Source: the human T2T-CHM13v2.0 reference genome, Homo sapiens
Assembly: GCF_009914755.1 (NCBI RefSeq)
Contig: NC_060926.1
Length of the DNA: 64,000 nt
Reading direction: 5' to 3' (one strand)
A program made the position numbers and the translations under genes. Below are positions 31,410 through 43,676 of this stretch, piece after piece. The notes below the pieces were generated by a model. That model saw only the letters and a program-made list of their open reading frames with translations. It did not search any database and was not told the DNA's origin. Position 1 is the stretch's first letter, and each line of letters starts with the position of its first letter.

Positions 31410-34400
31410 ACAGGTGATTTTTCAGCATTATTTGCTATGGTCATGAGATTTTTTTCTTTAGCCTATTAAAATGATGGATTATATAAAGATTTTCAAATAT
31501 TGAGCTAGTCCTTGCATCCCTGGAATAACCCCCACTTGGTAATAATTCCTTTTATATACTCCTGTATTCAATTTGCTAACATTTTATTAAAAATTTTTGC
31601 ATCTGTACGAATTTGGAATACTGGTCTGTATTCTCTTGTGCTCTTTGGTTTTAGTATCAGGGTAATATTGGCTTTATACAAAGAGCTGGGTAATGTTCCT
31701 TTCTCTTCTAGTTTCTGGGAGAGATTGTATAGGATTGGTGTGAATTCTTTAAATGTCTGGCAGAATTCTCCAGTCAATCTCAGAGCCTGGAGTTTTTTTT
31801 TTTTTCTTCAGATTTTAAACTATGAATTAAATCATTAAATAAGCTATTCAAATTACAAATGTCATACTGAGAATTTCCTAGGATACGTTTCCTAGGAATT
31901 TGCCCATTTCATCTGAGTTTTCAAATTTATGTATGTAGAGTTGTAGCTAGTATTCCCTAGTTATCCTTTCAATGTCTATTAAGTGACATCCCTTGTTTCA
32001 TTCCCATTAATGGTGTTTTCTGTTTTGTCAGTCTTATTAGAGGTTTGTGGCTTTTATTATTTAAGGAGCCAGTAATTTGTTTCACTGATATCTCTATTGC
32101 TTTTTGTTTTCAATACTGATTTCTGCGCTTCTTATTTCCTTCCTTCTGCTTGCTTTGGGCTTACTTGGCTCTTCATTTAAATTTCTTGAAGTACAAGCTC
32201 AAATTATTGAGATTTCTTTCTCCTCTACTGATATTAGAATTTTAGTGCCACAAAGTTTTTTCTCAGCACAACTTTAGCTGCATCTCACAAATTTTGACAT
32301 TTTTATTCAGTTCAATATATTTTCAACAATTATTGAGACTCCCTCTTTGGCTCATGGCTTATTCAGAAGTGCGTTGCACTGTTTCCAAGTGTTAGGAGAT
32401 TTTCCTGTTATTTTTCTGTCACTGACTTCTAGTTTGACCCCATTGTGGTCTCTCAGTTTTATTCCAGTTCTTTTAAATGTGTTGAAGTTTGTTTTATGAC
32501 CAGGATATAGTCTACCTTGGTATATGTTCAGTAGGCACTTGAAAAGAAGGTGTATTCTGCTACCGTTCTGTGAAGTGTCGTATAAATGCAAATTAGATCC
32601 TGTTGGTGGTTACTGAGTTCAATATCCTTGCTGATTTCCTGTCTAGTTACCCTATAAATTATTGAGAATGGTGCTTAACTCTCCAACTATAATTTTGGGT
32701 TACCTATTTCTAAGGTCTACCAGTTTTTGCCTCACATTTTTTGCAGCTGTGTTACTTGTTGCATGCACCTTTATGATTGCTGGGGTCTTTTGGTTGGACT
32801 GATCCTTTTATTATAATGTCATGTTCCTCTCTGACCTTGGCAATTTTTTTTCTTTTTGCTCAGAAATTTACCTTATTTAATATTAATGTAGTCACTCCTG
32901 CTTTCCTCTGATTTTTGCATAGTATATATTTTTTTATCCTTTTACTTTCAACCCACATATATTGTTTTCACTGAAGTTTCTCATAGCATATAGTTGGGCC
33001 ATTTAAAAATATACTCTGCCAATCTCTTAATTGGTGCTGAGACCATTTACATTTAATGCAATTATTGTTATGTTAAAGTTTAAATCTGCCGTTTTACTTT
33101 GTTTTATATTTTCATTTTCTCTTCCCTGCCTTCCTGCAGGTTGTACTTTTTTGGCATTCTATTTTATTTGTGCATTTGAGTACATTTCTTTGTATAGCTT
33201 TTTTTGCTGGTTGCTCTAGGTATTACATTAAACTTACCAAAAATCTACTAGTGTCAACTTTTGCCCATTTGGGTGAAGGATAGAAATGTTACCTCCCTTT
33301 ACCTTCTGATATGTATAATATAGTTGACTATTTCCTCTACATAGACAGTCACATGAGAATGTTACAATTTTTGCTTCAAACTTCAAACATAATTTAGAAA
33401 ACTTACAAGGAAAAGGAAAGCCTATTGCATTTATTGATATTTTCATTCTATGTTCTTTCTTCCTGCTTGATGCCACAAGATTCCTTTGTTTCCTGTTAAC
33501 TGTCGTTAGAGGTCTGCTCATTTACATTTCTCATAATTTTCCTTCATCTGAGAATGTCTTGATTTCCACTTCATTCTTGAAGGACATTTTTGCTGGATAT
33601 AGAATTCTGAATTAACAGTTTTCTTTCAGCATTTGTGTCACTTATTTCTGGCCTCGGTGGTTTCCACTGAGAAACCTGCTACCACTCTAATTGCTTTGGC
33701 CCTAGGGGTAAGGTGTCATTCTGCTCTGGCAGCCTCAGGGACCATGTCTTTGCCTTTAATTTTCAGTTTAACCATGATAAATCTTGGCATGTATTTCTTT
33801 GGGCTTATCTTCTTTGGTGGTTACTCAGCATTTTGATTTTTTTTTTTTTTTTTGGTCAAATTTGGGAAATTGTCAGCCCTTCTTCCTTAAATTTTCTTCA
33901 ACTCCATCCTCTTTCTTCTTTCTATGACCCCAGTGACATGACAGATGCTTTGTTCCACATATCTCCAAGGCTCTGTTCATTTTTGTCAGTCTGTTTTCTA
34001 TTTGTTATTTAGACCGGGTAATTTTGATTGTTCTATCTTCTGTTCTCTCCACTCTGCTGTTGAACTTATCCACAGAGCTTTTTATCTGTTACTTTTTCAG
34101 TTCTAAAATTTCCATTTAGTTCTTCGTATCTTCTCTTTGCTGAAGTTTTCTATTCATGTTTCAACCATGTTTGTAATTGCTAATTGAAGCATTTTTACAA
34201 TGGCTGTTTTAAAACAATTTGTCTGATAATTCTAATGTCTGTGTGATCTTGGTGCTGGTATCTGTTCATTATCTTTTCTAATTTACCTTGAGATCTTCTT
34301 GGTTTCTGGTGTGGTGAATAATTTTTGATTTAAACCTCATCAGTTCTGAGTGCTCTAAGACTCTGGGTCTGATTTAAATCTTGAATTTTAGCAGGCCTAC

Positions 34401-35620
34401 TCTGACTGCTGCAGGGAGTGAAGTGGGGAACCTGCCTTTTTACTGCCAGGTAGCAGGTGGAAACCCAGGCTTCCCTCCAGGCCTCCACTGGTAACACTCA
34501 GGCTGTCAGGCGTGGGGAGCTTGTTACTGCTCCCCATGTGGCCTTCACTGAGGTTGCCTTATTATTGCTGATTATTGAAAGTGCTGAAAGCCCTGACTCT
34601 CCACTAGGCAGTTGATGCCATGGGGTTGGGGTCATTACTACCCAGTGGAGATGCAAATCTCAGCTCAGGCCTTCTAGTCCCAAGCCCCTACAGGCCTTTG
34701 CTGACAGCACCAGAGCAAAGAGTGGGGGTAGGGGCAGGTTGAGGCATCTTCTTAACGTTAGGTGAGGGTGGAGCTCCAGGTCCCACTTGGTCTTTGCTGG
34801 AAGGGATGGGGAGGGGCTGTAGTGTTTTTCATGTGGTGTTTGGCTACAGTAGAGCCATTTCTGTTTAAAAGTTTTCCTTTTTACTAGGTTGCCCTTTCCC
34901 TGGTATGCTGGCAGCAGTGAATAGGTTTCTGTTGGGGTTTTTGACTGTGTCTGTTGGCACTCTTTGGTTAGTAACTTATCCAGCTCCAAGGCTGGCATAT
35001 AGAAGGCAAAAAGAAAACCCAGGGAACTCACTACTTGTATTAGTTTGCTAGGAGAGCCGTGACAAAATACCAGAGACTGGGTGGCTTAAACAACAGAAAT
35101 TCATTTTTCTCACAGTTCTGGATGCTAGAAGTCCAAGATCAATAGGTGTAGACAGGTTTGGTTTCTCCAAAGGCCTCTCTCGTGGGCTGAGATGGCTGCT
35201 TTCTTGCTGTGTTCTCACGTGGCCTTCTCTCTGTGTATGCATATCTCTGTTGTCTAAATTTTCTCTTCTTACAAGGACACCATTCAGACTGGATTAGGGC
35301 TCACCCTAAAGACCTTATTCTACCGTAATCACCTTCAGAGGCCTAATCTCTATAGTTACCTTCTGAGGTCCTATGGGTTAAGACTTCAACATAAATTTTA
35401 AGGCAACACGGTTTAGCCCATATCACCACTGCATTCTTCCTCAGGTCCTGAGGTCCCTGGCTGGTCTACCTTTTTCTATCTACTTTCAGCATATTATGCT
35501 TGTTTTACATATAATGTCCAGAATTTTAAATTGTACTTAGTAGGAAGATGAGGGAAAGTATGTCTACTCCATTTTGTAAAAACGGTAGAGTCTCTTCCTT
35601 GCATTTTCCTTTATCTTCAT
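31410..35620 (-). mobile_element. Ancient L1M, 5' half (5' region, ORF1 and N-terminal ORF2 remnants)
   Basis: ORF 31568-31777 (TGEFCQTFKEFTPILYNLSQKLEEKGTLPSSLYKANITLILKP...YRPV...DAKIFNKMLAN) matches L1 ORF2 just before the RT core. ORF 32352-32591 resembles the endonuclease C-terminal region. Confidence 0.85.
35036..35425 (-). mobile_element. MaLR LTR (MLT1B-like) nested in L1
   Basis: tgtattagtttgctagg...tttagcccatatca; 5-bp TSD ctact/ccact. The L1 continues across it. Confidence 0.85.
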
Positions 35621-36571
35621 TTCTTTAAAAACTGACCTCCCCTCATTAGTACATGGTAGAGCCATCTACACTGACTCTTACATCCTGGAATTCTGTACCA
35701 CATCACATTAGTTTTACTTCAAGTAAAATGTATATGAAATACAGAAACTTAAAATTCAGCAGCACCAAAATAGCAGGACTTTTTAAAAACATTGATGTTT
35801 TTGATAATAATATCTTTACTTTTTTCCTTCCCACAGTACAGTTTTAGGTAAAAGTGACTCTTGTTCTCCAAAGTGGCCAAGGTACAAGCAGGACACAATC
35901 AGGGCTTTTTAATACAGAGAAAACATGCGGGTTAATCATGGTGATTAGAACCAAGTCTTGCTGCTGTCTCTGAAGCTCAGTGCGTCACACCCCAGATACT
36001 ATGGTATCAGTTCTCTGGGTAATATAACCTTTCAACTCCCTATCAAAGGTAACAACCAACCACTGAGAATATCTGGATAAAGTCAACAAACCACTTTAAA
36101 CAGATGAACTGAAACATTAAAACTCACAACTCTTCTGCCCTAGCAAACTGCTGAGGATTTTCTAGATTTCCCAGTCTTAAGAGACCAAACTGTAGCTCAG
36201 TTATCACCAGACCAGCATTTCACTCAACACACCTTTCAGACTGAGAACAAGGTCAAGCTCATACATAACTAAGAACCATGAACCAGAATGGTGGCCCATG
36301 CAGCACCAGAGTTGTGATCAGAGATGCCGTCAGGGATGGAGCAGAGGCAATGCCACAAGAGTCACAAGAGTCCACCTGGGCCAGTGGGCTGCGCTCAGTA
36401 TCTAAGAGGGTGTAGTGGAAATCCAGTGTGTTCACTCTCTAATCTGCACCTTGCTTAAGCCCACTATGACTGTCACTGAAGTTAATAAGAGCAGCTGTAC
36501 CAGTGTTGTCCCTGTAAGCAATAGCAGTGATGCCTCAATCGGGAGCCAATCCTGAGATGCAGGAGCACCAC

Positions 36572-36915
36572 TGTGTTAGTTGGTTCAGGGTACTAGAACA
36601 AAATACTTCAGATTGGGTAATTTATAAATAGAAATTTACTGCCGGTAGTTTTGGAAGCTGGGAAGTCCAGGATCTAGGTGCCGGCAGATTTAGTGTCTGG
36701 TGAGGGGCTGTTCCTCATAGATGGCACCTTCTTGCTGTGTCCTTAAATCATGGCAAAGATGCAAAAAAGCTCCCTTGGGCCCCTTTTGTAGGCACTAAAG
36801 GGCTCTGCCCTCATGGCCTAATCCTCTTAAGCACCCCAACTCTTAATGCTATTGCACTGGGGATTAGGTTTTAACTCATGCATTATAGGGGGACACAAAC
36901 ATTCAGACCACAGTA
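36572..36915 (-). mobile_element. MaLR LTR (MST/MLT1A-like)
   Basis: tgtgttagttggttcagggtactagaacaaaatac...ggggacacaaacattcagaccacag. Confidence 0.8.
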
Positions 36916-37651
36916 ACCATGCTCTGTCTACCCATTCATCCCTTTCCAAGCCCCTCAACTCCACTTCCCTCTCTTCCCAGGACATTCATGGAAATTAACC
37001 TTACACTACATCCTTGATGCATTACTTCTTTCTTTAGGATGAATTAGATAGAACTCCTCTTTCCCTTCCTCCTCTCTCCCCTGAAAATATTTTATGAATA
37101 TCACAGACAAGAAAACCAAAGAATGAATCCCATGGAAGAATTCCAGATACTAACTAGCAAGTAACTAGGTAAGAGAATTCTGGACCCTGGGGCCTTTATG
37201 TTCTCCCAAATTGCACTGCAGAACTTAGTCCCCGCAAATTCTCAGCTTTCCCTGTCTACACTCCTTTTTCAACGTCTTGGTTACCATTAGTAGTTCCCAA
37301 ATGAGCTTGCAGCTCTGTTAATCCCATCTCGGTAAATGGTATATCACTTCCTTCTGGTCAAAATAATTAAAATTATAAATAAGAAACCATCTTTGATTCC
37401 TCTTTCTCTCTCACACCACAACCAATCTAGCATTGACCCTAGTTCCAGAATGTTCTGGAGAATTTAGCATGACAAAGAAACAAAACCACATCGTCCTCTG
37501 CCCTGCCCAAGACTGGGATTCCAAAAATATGTCCAATTAAGAAGAATCCCAAGGTGGTTGTACAAGCACAGGCAAGTCTAGCTTACACTGGTTAGGTATC
37601 TTAGGATCTCTCATTTTTAAATGCTTCTGATACATAGAAATCTTTATCCTC

Positions 37652-37738
37652 TCAGCGCCTGCTCAGGTTTGTGTTGTTGTCACGCGGAGCCAATCTTCAG
37701 CGCCTGCTCAGGTTTGTGTTGTCACGCGGAGCCAATCT
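37652..37738. repeat. Tandem duplication, 45 bp + 42 bp units
   Basis: tcagcgcctgctcaggtttgtgttg(ttg)tcacgcggagccaatct twice, differing by one TTG. Confidence 0.95.
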
Positions 37739-38208
37739 ACTTGGAAAATGTGGAGCTTTAACTTACCGCATTGTTCTTCCATTTATTAAGAGGAAAAACA
37801 AAATGCTAACACTAAACCTTGAAAGGGTTCTTATTGAAAACAAAAGCTCTCAGAGTTTTCACTCAATAAGCCTAGTTCACAGATCTCTCCAGAGGGGACA
37901 ATTTGCACCTTTTTTTTCTCCATCTGGTCTGTGTTGCCAAGGAAGGGCACAAAACTGATTCTAACCCTGGCTAAGATCTGAAAACTTTACATGGCAGTGA
38001 AAATTATATGCATACACTCAGCCCAAGTAGCATATAAATGCTTTCAATAGCTACATATCAAATTATATAGTGCACAAACCTGAATGTTTTCAGAATTTTC
38101 TTTTAAAATAAATTCTCCAATATTTTCCTTAGCACTCCAACAAGTGCCATGCCGAAGCAGAAAGACAACCTTTAAAACTGGAAGTCCATGACTGGTGAGT
38201 TTCAATAT

Positions 38209-38214
38209 TTTATT
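38209..38214 (-). terminator. UXS1: UXS1 probable main polyadenylation signal AATAAA
   Basis: TTTATT on + about 700 nt past the stop codon, with U/GU-rich sequence downstream on the - strand. Confidence 0.65.
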
Positions 38215-38907
38215 AAAATAGCATATTTAACCATGGTTAACCAAGAATATGTTAACTTTGTGCCCCCCAACCTGCCCCCGCCCCAGATACGCAGCAAAAC
38301 ACAGTAGTGATTTCAAATATCCTTGATCATGACCAACAGGAATATTTCAAAGTCAAGTTTGCAACTCAAAAGTAGACCTTGGAAAAACTCTGAATTAAAA
38401 GAGAAACATAAAGCTCTCACACAGAATTCTTTTATCTGCCCTAAAATCAATGCCGGCGCACCACCACCTGACAATACTGCTAGGATTTTTCTTTATGCAT
38501 AGTATAACGACTCATTTATTAAGTACCCACTTTTATAAATAAAATCGGCATTTTTTGTCCCGCTTAATGTTCCTTTTCAGCTTCACAAAGAAACCAGTAA
38601 ATAAAACTGTCAACGACAGTCACAACATATGCTCTCACAGCAAGATAAAAAAACTTGAAAATACGCAGAGATGCATCTACGCTATTTTACATAAAAAGAG
38701 AGATTCAAAAAGTGCAAGGCAAAATCTGCAGTTTTTTGAGGGGAGCTTTTAGGCACATCCATTTCATTAAAGCAAGCTTCAGAATGAAATTCCAGTTTGT
38801 TCTTCATGACACCTGTTAAAGTCTTTCTTTAAACGACAACAAAAAAAAGCCAAAAATACATCCCATCAAGTGTACAATGGTAGTCTTGTGTCCTAAAAGT
38901 GAGGAGT

Positions 38908-39039
38908 TCAGCTGTGGCGAGTCCGTCCTTTCTTTATTCTGGCAGGCTTTGGTTTGGGGATGTACTGATTATTTGCCTGGTACTCGAGTTCTTTACGGAA
39001 GTAGTGAATTGCTTTGTTTAAACCTTCCTCCAGCGGGAC
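38908..39039 (-). CDS. UXS1: UXS1 last coding exon (to stop)
   Basis: ccctttaaacag|GTC. Encodes VPLEEGLNKAIHYFRKELEYQANNQYIPKPKPARIKKGRTRHS-TGA. Confidence 0.96.
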   Translation of the reverse strand, partial: VPLEEGLNKAIHYFRKELEYQANNQYIPKPKPARIKKGRTRHS

Positions 39040-39094
39040 CTGTTTAAAGGGAAAGCAAGAAAGGGAGACAAGGTCACATTGACAGAAGGGCATC

Positions 39095-39161
39095 GCAGGA
39101 AGGAAGTGCCACCTTGCAGGAAGGAAGTGCCACCTTGCAGGAAGGAAGTGCCACCTTGCAG
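39095..39161. repeat. 21-bp minisatellite, about 3.2 copies
   Basis: Three perfect copies of gcaggaaggaagtgccacctt plus gcag. Confidence 0.95.
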
Positions 39162-41087
39162 CCAGTCAGGCCTCCTTCAGAGGAACACTCACAGAACCAT
39201 GCTTTGGTTGTGACAGCATCCAGCATCACGGCCCACCGAGAGAAGCCAGAAGTCCTTCAGGGCCGCTTTCAGAATGTACTGTGGAGCTGACAAGTGTCAC
39301 TCTTACTGACGTAAAGTGAGCTCCACCTCACAAAAGACCCCGACTACCTCTTGCTGGTATAATGTCTACTCCAGTTTGAATCGGCTGGCAAGATTGTTTT
39401 TCAGATAATGCCCATGTGCCCCATTCTTTCAGAAGAAATCCACCTTGGAGTGGCGGGAAGATGCTTTGGGAAGGTGATCTGCATCTGATCAACACGCCTG
39501 ATTCTCCCACGTGACATCAACCCTTTGCACTGCCTAGCGGATCATGGCCCACTTGCACCCCCACCATACTAAGAGGCTGAGTCTGAGAGGGGACCCACGG
39601 CAGCCCACACCACAGAAAGCAACCTTCATCTGAAGCTGCTTTGCAGCCAACAGGAAACCAGCCAGATCAACTGCTGATTAACAGCAGAAAGAGAAAAGGT
39701 GAAGGGAGGCACTGCTAAGGGGTGCTGGGGCACCACTGGGGGAGAAGGTCTGTCAGCTTGACTGCAGCGATGGTTTCACAGGTGTCAAAATAGATGAAAA
39801 CTTATCAAATTGTATCTTCTAAATATGGGCAGTGTGCAGTTTGCCAATTATATCTCAACAAGCTGTTAAACACACACACTTGGGACAATTAAGATGGATA
39901 ATGCCTGTAAGTTTCTTTGGATCATATCCCTCAAAAATTTATTATAAATTAAAACTACTACTAGAAGAGAAACCAGTGGTAGATGGCTCACATTCCAAGA
40001 ATGTTAGAATATTATAGGTCTAAATTCCAGAAAGATAAAGATACTGAGCATACACACACCTCACATAAAAAGCAATAGTTAATACATAGTGAATGTATAT
40101 TTAAATCTTCAAAAAATATTTTGTTTAAAAATATAGGCTCTCCTTACAAAGGGACCAATGGCCCCTTACAAAGCTTCAAAAAAACAAGAAACCTAGGCTG
40201 CTATAACCTGTTTTGCACAGCTTGGGATTATTCGATTTTGTGAAGTCTGGGTGTAATTGTATTTTTATTTCACTCAACAAATTTCTGCAGTTTTTAGCAG
40301 ATTACGTAGACTTGTACATGACAGAATGAAATAAGGATCAGGCTGGAACTCTCATGTCCCTTTGAAGTTCAATATTCTAGGATTCTACTCACTCAGCTCT
40401 GACTATGCACATTTTAAAAAGGTAAACTGAGCTCTCAACTGCGTCCCTGACTCTCTGACTGCGCCACAACCCAAGGGCCATGCCAAGATGCTCCTACATT
40501 TGTTGAGCACCCAGTGTGTGTCAGGTCTGACAGGTGCCGGGCTCCTGCTGGACACAGGGCTACACTACACGCCTCTGCCCGAGGGGAGCCCGAATTTCAG
40601 TGGGGCACATGAGGGTGGGCAAAGAGGGAACAGCCAGGCAGAGGTGACAGTAAATGAGGTGGGCTTGCTTCTATAGATGGGGCCAACCCAGCCAACCTCC
40701 CTACACAGGTGGTCTCTGAAGGACACAGGCAGCCCTGAGGACGAGCGTTCTCTGGCGGGGAGGAGCCTGCAGTCACCCAAGGCAGGAAGGGCACAGCAGG
40801 CGGCAGAGCAGAAGCAGGCGGGGTTCAGGCTCAGCCCCAGGGAGGCAGCAGCCGCCCCACCCTGCCCCCTTCAGTAGACACACTGAAGACAACAGGAAGG
40901 CATGCAGTTCCCCTTCCTCCACACCCTTCAGTCTCGCACGCTTCCAACCAGGGGCTCCACTGCGGGGCTGATGGGGACCACTTGCCCCTGACCTGGCCCC
41001 GCACACTCAATAGGCAGGCAACTGGGGCTACGCAGGGCTCTGAGCGTGTGCTGCCAGCGCCCTTGGCACAGCGTTCACAGTCAGGGG

Positions 41088-41380
41088 GGTGTGTGTGTGT
41101 GTGTATGTATGTATGTGGGAGAGGGAGTGTATGTGTGAATGTGAGTGTGGATCAGTGAGTGTGCGCATGTGAGTGAATGTGAGAATGTGTATGATAGTGT
41201 GAATGTATATGTATGTGTGAAAATGAGTGTGTGTGAGTATACTTGTATTAAGTGTGTTTGTATGACAGTGTATATATGACAGTGTGAGTGTGTGGGAGAC
41301 AGTGTGAGTATATGTGTGTACAAGTGTTTGTATGGCAGTGTATGTGTATGAGAGAATGTAAGAATGTGTGTGTGCATGAG
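41088..41380. repeat. Degenerate (TG)n low-complexity repeat
   Basis: About 290 bp of gtgt/gtat/gtga units. Confidence 0.9.
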
Positions 41381-41620
41381 AGATTTTACGAAAACAGAGC
41401 CCAGAGCAGGGGCTTCCAGCCGCTTCCCAGGTAACATTCTCTGAGACTCCTGATACAGGAGAGGCTGTTTACCACTTGGAGAAAACCCTCTATCTGCCTG
41501 GATGCCGAGCCCACCTTGCTCCTCCGGGGGCTGTCTGACAAGGGTCAGTGCCTACAGGACAGCAGACACAGGACACGGGAGGCCCCTCCCCACAAGGCAG
41601 CATTAACTCCCTGCACTTAC

Positions 41621-41724
41621 CACGGGCTCCCACCCCAGCATCAGCTTTGCTTTTTTGATGTCTGGTTTTCTTTTCTGTGGGTCATCCTGGGCTTCGGAGA
41701 GAAACTGAATTTCACTTCCGCTAC
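41621..41724 (-). CDS. UXS1: UXS1 penultimate coding exon (104 nt)
   Basis: catctcag|GT...GTG|gtaagt. Encodes (G)SGSEIQFLSEAQDDPQKRKPDIKKAKLMLGWEPV. Confidence 0.96.
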
Positions 41725-42479
41725 CTGAGATGTTTAAAGAAAAAAAAGGTAGGAGAGAATCACAAAGCATGGGTAAGCACAGCCTTACCATCCACATCAA
41801 AGGCAAACCCCATATGTGGTGTGAATAGGGTGCAGGCGGTGGAAATGCAGTTCTCTGAGAAGCCCCGGAGCTCCCGAGGGACTGTTCTGCGTGGAAGTCC
41901 AGGGAGTGCTCCTGCAACTGCTGTGGCCAAGCTGACTGTGTGCAGGCGCCCAGCAAGAGCTCGGTGGGGGGCAGGTTATTCTGTCTCAACAGGCCTGAGT
42001 TACCGCCCACTACAAGAGGGTTGCTCCAAGGCAGACCACCCACACCAGGTAACAAGTGCAGACGTGCCCACCGAGCATGACCCCGGTGTGAGACCACAAA
42101 CGTGGTGTGGGGCCATCCCTGAGGTGGATGCCCCAAGTGGGCCATACCTGGGTGCTCGGAGCCTAGACAGCCCTGAGACCCAAGATGTGCAGCCACCCAG
42201 CTGGAGGGACCTCTCGGAGGACGGCAAAGGCTGGCCTGTTCCACATCCTTGCTGGGCCCAGGCCCCACTGGCCAGCAGTATACAGCCCCACCAGTGACTG
42301 TGGGCCAGACCTGCAGAAGAAAGCCTGTGGAGGCTTTCCCTGCCTCCGTGTCATGGAGGCCACATTGCAGACTCTGCAGCGAATCACCACCACAGGTGGT
42401 TCAGGATGGTCTGTCACAAAGCTATATACAGAAGCACAGCAGGGAAGCTGCACGCCCCTCCCCCCAGCCTTAGGTTTCA

Positions 42480-42640
42480 AATAGCGTTTCTCAAGCGTCA
42501 GCACGCACGGATCACCTGAAGAGCCTGTCAACAGGCAGATCCTGATCTGGGGGCCTGGGCTAGGGCATGAGAGTCTGAATTTCTAACATGCATCTGATGA
42601 TGCTGCTGCTGCGTTGGCCCACGGGCCTCACTCTGTGCAG
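42480..42640. mobile_element. MER5A-like relic
   Basis: gtttctcaagcgtcagc...atcacctgaagagcctgt...tctgaatttctaaca...atgctgctgctg. Confidence 0.55.
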
Positions 42641-43618
42641 TGAGGGTGTGAAGGAGTGGATGGCACAGAGCTGTGATCTGAGCCTGCCCCTTCCTCACGC
42701 AGGAGGAACACACAGATTCAGGATGGAAAAGCTGGGAAGTGCATCGGAGCAGCTGTGGGAGCCACAGATGATGCAGGCTATGTCTGAGGAAGACCGCTGC
42801 TTCTACTGCCACGAGCAACGGGAGGATTCCAGCCATCCGGGTCGATTAGACCAATGCCGATGAATGGCAGCCTGATGCCAGGAAGGGCACACTGGAGGAA
42901 TTAACCCAGCCAAGCGGGGTCTGAATGGTCACCTCAGGACACACTGTGGCATACTCCTCCTTGGCCTACCTGCCAGTCTAGTCTGGTTGTGACTTCACTC
43001 AAATTTCAGGATCAACCCCAGACAACAGACACCCTCCAAGAGTCTGACTCCTCAGAGCTCCAGGAAGTCTGAAGATGAGGCCAAGGGCTCATCCACTCTA
43101 TGTCTGCAATCCAGGGCTGGTCTGGAAGACCTGACCTTCTCATGGCCTAAGAGTCCACCTTGATGGGGTGCTCCCAATGCTACACTGCCCCCAGTGGGTG
43201 GCGGCCAGGATAACCAGAATTGCAAACAGAATTTCAAACCTGCCTGAAGCACGCAGCTGGTGGTTGCTGTCTCTTGCTGTCTGAAATTCTATGCTTGACA
43301 TGACCAGTTCGGAAATCCAATAGTTGTCACCCATGTAGGATGATCTAATACAATCATGCCTCAAACACTGGGAGCAAATCTCCTCCTCCCTCCCACTTCC
43401 TGCAAACCTGCAACGAAAACTGAGGAGAAACCAATCCTGCCCTCCTTTATCTTTCTATTCCTTAAAAATTAGAAAACACTTAAGTATTCCTGATAAAAAG
43501 TTCTGCTTTGATCCAATTCAATTAGCTTGTATTAATTACCCACTTTCTAGTCAAGGTGTTATTAACAGATAGGGCAGGCACAGTCGATTTTACTCAGGAA
43601 ATGACTTATCCTACTTAC

Positions 43619-43676
43619 CAACAAGGTTTTTAATTAACTGAGCAAATTCTAGGATTGTGTGTTCTTCTGGGTTCCC
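43619..43676 (-). CDS. UXS1: UXS1 internal coding exon (58 nt)
   Basis: tttctttcttag|GGG...G|gtaagt. Encodes GNPEEHTILEFAQLIKNLV+G. Confidence 0.95.

Noticed and set aside
31512-32591. RT-associated ORF fragments suggesting an active or novel retroelement
   Set aside because: Short, stop- and frameshift-ridden remnants of ancient L1 ORF2.
39095-39161. Short direct repeats as a possible CRISPR-like array (also 37652-37738)
   Set aside because: The units are head-to-tail with no spacers, there are no cas genes, and the context is mammalian.
41081-41437. His/Thr-rich 118-aa ORF
   Set aside because: Translation of the (CA)-rich repeat.
41603-42297. Overlapping 221-aa and 206-aa ORFs
   Set aside because: Only the 104-nt UXS1 exon within the - ORF is real; the rest is GC-rich intron read-through.
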